Positions 59,054-64,000 of a DNA stretch of 64,000 bases are shown piece by piece. Location: contig JAZORT010000039.1 in assembly GCA_045656745.1 (NCBI GenBank), positions 2,067 to 66,066 on the forward strand, in the 5' to 3' direction. The notes beneath the pieces are model-generated. The model did no database searches, was not told where the DNA came from, and saw only the letters and a program-made list of their open reading frames with translations. Both the position numbers and the translations under genes were made by a program. Origin of the DNA: Eubacteriales bacterium (GTDB lineage Bacteria > Bacillota > Clostridia > Oscillospirales > CAG-272). Every line of letters begins with the position of its first letter. The stretch's first letter is position 1.

Positions 59054-59917
59054 TTATTTGCTCGGCTTGTCAAAAAGCGATCGGCGCGCGCTTGAGGCTC
59101 GCATTTTTTCTCTCATACGCTTGCCGTCCTCGTTTGCAAGATAGGTTCTGAATTCGGTAAACTCCTCAATAAATTTGTCCATTTCGGCAAGAAGAGCATC
59201 CTTGTTCATAAGGAAAAGCTCCGACCACATTCTGTCGTTTATCTTTGCTATTCTCGTAAGATCGCGGAAGGAGTCACCCGTATATTTTTCAAGCCCCTCG
59301 GAGTCGTTGCAATTCATAAGCACCACCGCAATGCAGTGTGTAAGCTGGGATAGAAAGGCAATCATCTCGTCGTGCTTTTCGGGTGAAAGCTCTGAAATTC
59401 TGACAAAACCGAGAATTTCGCCAAGCTGCTTGCAAATACGCACCGCATCGCGGGTGTTTTTGTCGGTCGGAGTTACAATATAGTTTGCGCCCTCAAAAAC
59501 TCTCGGGTCTGCAAACTCAACACCCGACCTCTCGCGTCCGGCCATAGGGTGCGCGGGAATGTATTCAACATCGTCACGCAGTATGTCCTGCACCTTATAA
59601 ACGACCTGGCTTTTAACGCCGGTAACATCGGTTATAATCGTCCCAGGTGAAAGTAGATGCTGGTGCTTTTCTATCCATTCTATAAAGGTGGTGGGGTAAA
59701 GGGCAAAAATTATAAGCTCGGATGAGGCAATAAGCTCTCCGTCAAGCTCGGATGTGCCGTAGCTTATCATCTTGTTTTCAAGAGCGTATCGAATGTCGGA
59801 ATCCTCTTTTGTAATACAGCTTACATTATAGCCCTTGTCGGTCAGCGCCTTTGCATAGCTTCCGCCGATAACGCCAAGACCGATAATCAGTATTTTCGTG
59901 TTTTTATCAAGTTTCAT
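59054..59917 (-). CDS. tyrA: Prephenate dehydrogenase
   Basis: IIGLGVIGGS, DVTGVK, HPMAGRE, HDEMIAFLSQLTH, SFRDLTRIA; ATG 59917. Confidence 0.92.
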   Translation of the reverse strand: MKLDKNTKILIIGLGVIGGSYAKALTDKGYNVSCITKEDSDIRYALENKMISYGTSELDGELIASSELIIFALYPTTFIEWIEKHQHLLSPGTIITDVTGVKSQVVYKVQDILRDDVEYIPAHPMAGRERSGVEFADPRVFEGANYIVTPTDKNTRDAVRICKQLGEILGFVRISELSPEKHDEMIAFLSQLTHCIAVVLMNCNDSEGLEKYTGDSFRDLTRIAKINDRMWSELFLMNKDALLAEMDKFIEEFTEFRTYLANEDGKRMREKMRASSARRSLFDKPSK

Positions 59918-61124
59918 AGGTAGTAAATTCAATTCCAAGTTTTCTTATGTGACTAAAGAATTCGGGATAGCTTTTGTTAACAGCTTCAGCTCCTAAAATC
60001 TCACCGCCGAAAAGGCTTGCAAGCACCGCAAGTGACATAACGATTCTGTGGTCGTTATGACCGCAGAGCGGCTCTGTGGGTGCGTGAAGGGGGCGCCTTT
60101 CGACTATTGCCTCGTTTTCCAAAAGCTCAATATGCGCTCCGAATTTTGAAAGCTCGGCTCCCATCACCGCAGCTCTGTCGCTTTCTTTGATTTTCAATCT
60201 ATTTGTGCCGACAAATTTTGCGCCGTTAAGCGCTGCCGCCATAGTAAAGAGTATAGGTCCAAGGTCGGGACAGTCGGTAATATCTATCTCGGGGCATCCA
60301 GCAGCTAAAGCCTTGTAATGCTCCCGATAAGCTCTGTCACCTTGAAGGCTGTCCTTGTTCAGCCCGTCAACTGCAACCTCGCCGCCAATAAGGTTAAACG
60401 CATCGGGAAATGCAGCTCCCGAATAGTCGCCCTCAACGAATACCGTCCCCTTTGTTTTGTAGCTTTGTCCACCCTTAATAAAGAGGGTGTAATCATCCTC
60501 CCACCGAGCATAAACGCCGAATTCTGCCATAGCCGAGAGGGTAAGCTCAATATATGACCTGCTCTCAAGCTCTGTTGTAATCTTAATCCGCGAGTCCTTG
60601 CTAAGTGTTGAGAGAGCAAAGAGAAGTCCCGTAACAAACTGACTGCTGACATTCCCGGGCAGGGAATATTCCCCGGCTAAAAGCGGGCCTTTGACGGTGA
60701 TTTTCTCATCTGTTTGGGTGAATTTCAGCCCTTTTTCAAGGCAAATATCCTCATAAACCTTCATAGGACGCTGGAGAAGCCTCGGCGCGCCGACAAATTC
60801 CGTCTCATTACCCGAAAGCAAAGCAAGCGGGAGCATAAATCGCAGAGTGCTTCCGCTCTCTCGGCAGTTAAGCGGCCGCTTTGGCATAGCATTTCTTACA
60901 TTCCCTCCGCTTATCTCGGCAATCGAGCCGTAAAGCAGAGAGCCTACTCCAAGCTCCGCAAGGCAGTCAACTGTTGCCAAAACATCCTCGCAGGGAGTAA
61001 TGTTAACTATTTTTGTGTTTTCTTCGGCCAAGGCGGCAGAAATTAGCAATCTGTGCGCCATGCTTTTTGACGACGGCGCAACAACTCTTCCCAAGGCCTT
61101 GCTTTTTTCTATCTTAACTCTCAT
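59907..61124 (-). CDS. aroA: EPSP synthase
   Basis: PSSKSMAHR, ESGSTLRF, SSQF, KESDR, DHRIVM, KSYPEF. Confidence 0.95.
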   Translation of the reverse strand: MRVKIEKSKALGRVVAPSSKSMAHRLLISAALAEENTKIVNITPCEDVLATVDCLAELGVGSLLYGSIAEISGGNVRNAMPKRPLNCRESGSTLRFMLPLALLSGNETEFVGAPRLLQRPMKVYEDICLEKGLKFTQTDEKITVKGPLLAGEYSLPGNVSSQFVTGLLFALSTLSKDSRIKITTELESRSYIELTLSAMAEFGVYARWEDDYTLFIKGGQSYKTKGTVFVEGDYSGAAFPDAFNLIGGEVAVDGLNKDSLQGDRAYREHYKALAAGCPEIDITDCPDLGPILFTMAAALNGAKFVGTNRLKIKESDRAAVMGAELSKFGAHIELLENEAIVERRPLHAPTEPLCGHNDHRIVMSLAVLASLFGGEILGAEAVNKSYPEFFSHIRKLGIEFTTYET

Positions 61125-61557
61125 TTTTCAAATAGCTTACAAGGCAGTCTACCGCCTCGTTGTAGCCCCCAACACCGCGCCCGGTTATAGTCTTTATACA
61201 AGCAGCTCTGATGTAACTCACCTGCCTAAAGTCCTCGCGCTCTTCGAGCTTTGAAATATGAATTTCAACGCAGGGAAGCCTTGTTGCGCAAACCGCATCG
61301 AGCAGGGCAATGCTTGTGTGAGTATAAGCTCCGGGGTTAATAACTATACCTTTAGCCCCTTCAAAGTAAGCCTCTTGTATCTTGTCAACAAGGCAGCCCT
61401 CGTGGTTTGATTGATAAAAAACGGGCTCAACACCGAGCGCCTTGCAGTGGTTTTCTATCATTTCAATAAGCTCTTTGTATGTGGTAGTGCCGTATTTTTC
61501 AGGCTCCCTTACACCAAGCATATTAAGATTTGGGCCGTTGATTACATAAATTTTCAT
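61114..61557 (-). CDS. aroQ: Type II 3-dehydroquinate dehydratase
   Basis: NGPNLNMLG.REP..YG, QSNHEG, NPGAYTHTS, EIHIS. Confidence 0.96.
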   Translation of the reverse strand: MKIYVINGPNLNMLGVREPEKYGTTTYKELIEMIENHCKALGVEPVFYQSNHEGCLVDKIQEAYFEGAKGIVINPGAYTHTSIALLDAVCATRLPCVEIHISKLEEREDFRQVSYIRAACIKTITGRGVGGYNEAVDCLVSYLKNES

Positions 61558-62795
61558 ATCAATTCTCTTGCCTTTATAATTTTTTGCGCAACCGCCTGCG
61601 GTGTATCGTCAGCATCAATTTTGATGTCGCAAACAGAGCAGTATACAGAATATCGCTCGTTATACCTCTTCGTTATCGCCTCTCTGTCGGAGGAAAGGGG
61701 TCTGTCGGAGGTTGGTATCAGCTTCTGCAGCGGTCTGTCAATAAAGAAGAGCTTGCCCCCTTCTTTTAGCGCATTTACATTTTCCTTTCGGAGAATTGCG
61801 CCGCCTCCCGTCGCAATGACGACAGAATTCATTGCCGAAGCTTCCTTTACCGCTTCTGTCTCAAGGGCGCGAAAATGCTCCTCGCCGTATTTTTCAAAAA
61901 TCTCGCTGATAGTCATTCCCGCCTTGCTTTCAATCATCTCATCAGTGTCAATAAGCTCTCGCGAAAGATCCTCGGAAAGGAGCTTTCCAACAGTGCTCTT
62001 GCCCGATGCAGGCATGCCGATAAGAACTATATTTTCTTTTCTGCCCGAGATTTTATCGAATATATCGAGAATTGTCTCGTTTGAATAACTTGTGCCAAGG
62101 AATGTTTCCGAGGCTCTTACCGCTTGAGCAACAAGCATATACAATCCACCCTCAGCGGGAATATTTCGTCCCTTTGCCGAAAGAATAAGCGGTGTCCTGA
62201 GCGGGTTGTAAATAGTGTCGCAAACACCCAAAAGGCTCTTAAACTCGGTAATGTCAACAGGTGCATCGAATATGTTCGGGAACATTCCGACGGGCGTTGT
62301 GTTGATAATATATTCAACATCGGCATGGCTCTCGTAAAGCTCCGAATAGGTAACTGTTCCCTCGGATTTTCTTCTGCTGACCAAAAGAATTTCTCTTGCT
62401 CCAAGGCACCTTGCCACCGCTGCCGAGGTTTTTGCCGTACCACCGGTGCCAAGCACCGCAACCTTTAACCCCGATAAGCTGACTCCTATTTTTTCAATAA
62501 GCGAGCGCATCCCGAAAAAGTCGGTGTTATAGCCGTAAAGCTTCCCGCCCTTGTTAACAACAGTGTTGACCGCTCCGATAGCTTTTGCGCTCTCGTCAAT
62601 ATAGTCAAGGTAGGGAATTATCTTTTCCTTGTACGGAATGGTAACATTTATAGCCTTGAAATCTCTTTTTTTCGCAAAGCTGTCAAAATCCTCAAGGCTA
62701 ACCTCGCAGAGCGTGTAGTCGTAGTCTGCAAGAAGGCCGTGTATTTCCTTTGAGTAGCTATGTCTTAGCTTCTCGCCAATAAGTCCGTATTTCAT
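61554..62795 (-). CDS. aroE: Shikimate dehydrogenase-shikimate kinase fusion (AroE-AroK)
   Basis: NVTIPYK, GAVNT, GYNTD, MLVAQA, then LIGMPASGKST, FRALE, ATGGG, DRPL. Confidence 0.93.
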   Translation of the reverse strand: MKYGLIGEKLRHSYSKEIHGLLADYDYTLCEVSLEDFDSFAKKRDFKAINVTIPYKEKIIPYLDYIDESAKAIGAVNTVVNKGGKLYGYNTDFFGMRSLIEKIGVSLSGLKVAVLGTGGTAKTSAAVARCLGAREILLVSRRKSEGTVTYSELYESHADVEYIINTTPVGMFPNIFDAPVDITEFKSLLGVCDTIYNPLRTPLILSAKGRNIPAEGGLYMLVAQAVRASETFLGTSYSNETILDIFDKISGRKENIVLIGMPASGKSTVGKLLSEDLSRELIDTDEMIESKAGMTISEIFEKYGEEHFRALETEAVKEASAMNSVVIATGGGAILRKENVNALKEGGKLFFIDRPLQKLIPTSDRPLSSDREAITKRYNERYSVYCSVCDIKIDADDTPQAVAQKIIKARELI

Positions 62796-62796
62796 T

Positions 62797-63894
62797 TTAT
62801 CTTTCCGTCATAAGATAGTCTGTGCCGTATCGCACAGTAAGCATATCTGCAATTACCAACGCAACAACCGCGTCAACAACCGCTCTCGCTCTGTGAATGA
62901 TTGCGGGGTCGTGTCTGCCCTCGATCTTGAGAGTAGTGTCAGTGCCTGCTTTGATGTCAACAGTATCCTGCTCCTTGAATATAGAGGGCGTAGGCTTTAC
63001 AACGGTATTAAATAGTATGGGCATTCCGTTTGTAATACCGCCGTTAATACCACCGTTGTTGTTCGTTTTCGTTACTACCTTGCCGTCTCTTAGCGCAAAA
63101 GCATCGTTTGCCTCGCTGCCGTACATATCGGCAAAGGCAAATCCCGCGCCAAACTCAACACCCTTTACCGCAGGGACAGAGAAGAGCGCGTGTGCGAGCA
63201 TAGACTCCACAGTATCAAACCAAGGCTCGCCCACTCCAGCAGGAACGCCGATAACAGCCGTTTCGAGAATACCTCCAACGCTGTCGCCTCCCGCCGCTGC
63301 CTTTTCAGCCTCGCGTCGCATGTTTTCCTCGGCAGTATCGGTAAGAGCAGGGAAGCTCTTGCTCTCAAGCACCGCAAAATCCTCTTCAAAATTTTCAAAC
63401 CTTCGGTCAGCCGCTCCGTGAAGCTCGATAATATGGCTGGCTATCTTTATTCCCTTGCTTAAAAGTGCGGAGCGCAGTATCGCTCCCGCCGCAACGAGCG
63501 CCGCGGTTATTCTGCCGGAAAAGTGACCGCCGCCTCGAAAGTCCTGAAATCCGTGGTACTTGCACTCCGCGGTGTAGTCTGCGTGAGAGGGACGGGGAGT
63601 CGTTTTAAGCGAGGAATAATCCTTGCTGTTTTTGTTCTCGTTTGGAATAAGTATAGTAAGCGGTGTGCCGGTGGTGTAACCCTCAAACTCTCCGCTTGCA
63701 ATGATGAACTCGTCGTCTTCAACCCTAGCCGTTGAGATTTTGCCCGAGGGTCTGCGCTCTGCGAGTCTTGCATTTATATAATCTCTGTCAATTTTAATGC
63801 CCGGAGCAAGTCCGTCAAGAACTGCGCCGATATATTCGCCGTGGCTCTCGCCAAAGAGAGTTAAGCAGACGGAATTTCCAAAAGTGTTTTTCAT
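62797..63894 (-). CDS. aroC: Chorismate synthase
   Basis: GESHG, PRPSHAD, GGGHFSGR, GDSVGG, KPTPSI, GRHDP. Confidence 0.96.
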   Translation of the reverse strand: MKNTFGNSVCLTLFGESHGEYIGAVLDGLAPGIKIDRDYINARLAERRPSGKISTARVEDDEFIIASGEFEGYTTGTPLTILIPNENKNSKDYSSLKTTPRPSHADYTAECKYHGFQDFRGGGHFSGRITAALVAAGAILRSALLSKGIKIASHIIELHGAADRRFENFEEDFAVLESKSFPALTDTAEENMRREAEKAAAGGDSVGGILETAVIGVPAGVGEPWFDTVESMLAHALFSVPAVKGVEFGAGFAFADMYGSEANDAFALRDGKVVTKTNNNGGINGGITNGMPILFNTVVKPTPSIFKEQDTVDIKAGTDTTLKIEGRHDPAIIHRARAVVDAVVALVIADMLTVRYGTDYLMTER

Positions 63895-63912
63895 TGTTTA
63901 AAAATCCTTTTT

Positions 63913-63999
63913 TCAGATTTTTTGACGGCAAAGCTCTGCAAAAGCCGCAGTCGTCATTTTTTCTATCCTGAAAGAGCCCGGGGTGTCAACGAAGATAAC
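63913..63999 (-). CDS. aroB: 3' end of probable 3-dehydroquinate synthase (truncated by window edge)
   Basis: Reads VIFVDTPGSFRIEKMTTAAFAELCRQKI*, resembles an AroB C-terminus and lies directly upstream of aroC. Confidence 0.6.
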   Translation of the reverse strand, partial: VIFVDTPGSFRIEKMTTAAFAELCRQKI

Positions 64000-64000
64000 C

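Noticed and set aside
61554..62795. AroE-AroK fusion as a novelty
   Set aside because: The fusion is real but is a familiar arrangement in clostridial aro operons.

Overview
Chromosomal core-genome region of a spore-forming Clostridia (Bacillota) bacterium; the taxonomy is inferred from gene content (PolC, class III FBPase, YtvI- and SpoVB-like genes). In order: 5'-truncated gdhA; WYL regulator + HAD hydrolase; fbp; cyclophilin; ytvI; a DUF6873-like gene; rpmB; AraC + GH127 + Cof-HAD; spoVB-like flippase; a CNNM/CorC (HlyC) transporter; split transketolase followed by pyrH-frr-uppS-cdsA-dxr-rseP-ispG-polC; three small hypothetical genes; a phosphoesterase; an ABC half-transporter; an M3 peptidase lipoprotein; a ROK kinase; iscS-iscU-mnmA; a 14-kb seven-gene giant carbohydrate-ABC-like cassette; livKHMGF; and the aro operon (aroB partial, aroC, aroE-aroK fusion, aroQ, aroA, tyrA, DAHP synthase). 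I saw no rRNA, tRNA, CRISPR array, transposase or integrase. The three most notable items are: (1) an unannotated acidic 22-aa leader peptide whose stop codon lies inside an intrinsic terminator upstream of the CNNM transporter, a candidate Mg2+-responsive attenuator; (2) the cassette of a giant solute-binding protein, an NHL-TPR-YIP1 fusion, a DUF5696-like protein and four permeases, with no hydrolase, ATPase or regulator gene; (3) an apparently permuted BspA-type LRR module inserted in the NHL-YIP1 protein. All family calls come from motif recognition by eye, not from database searches.
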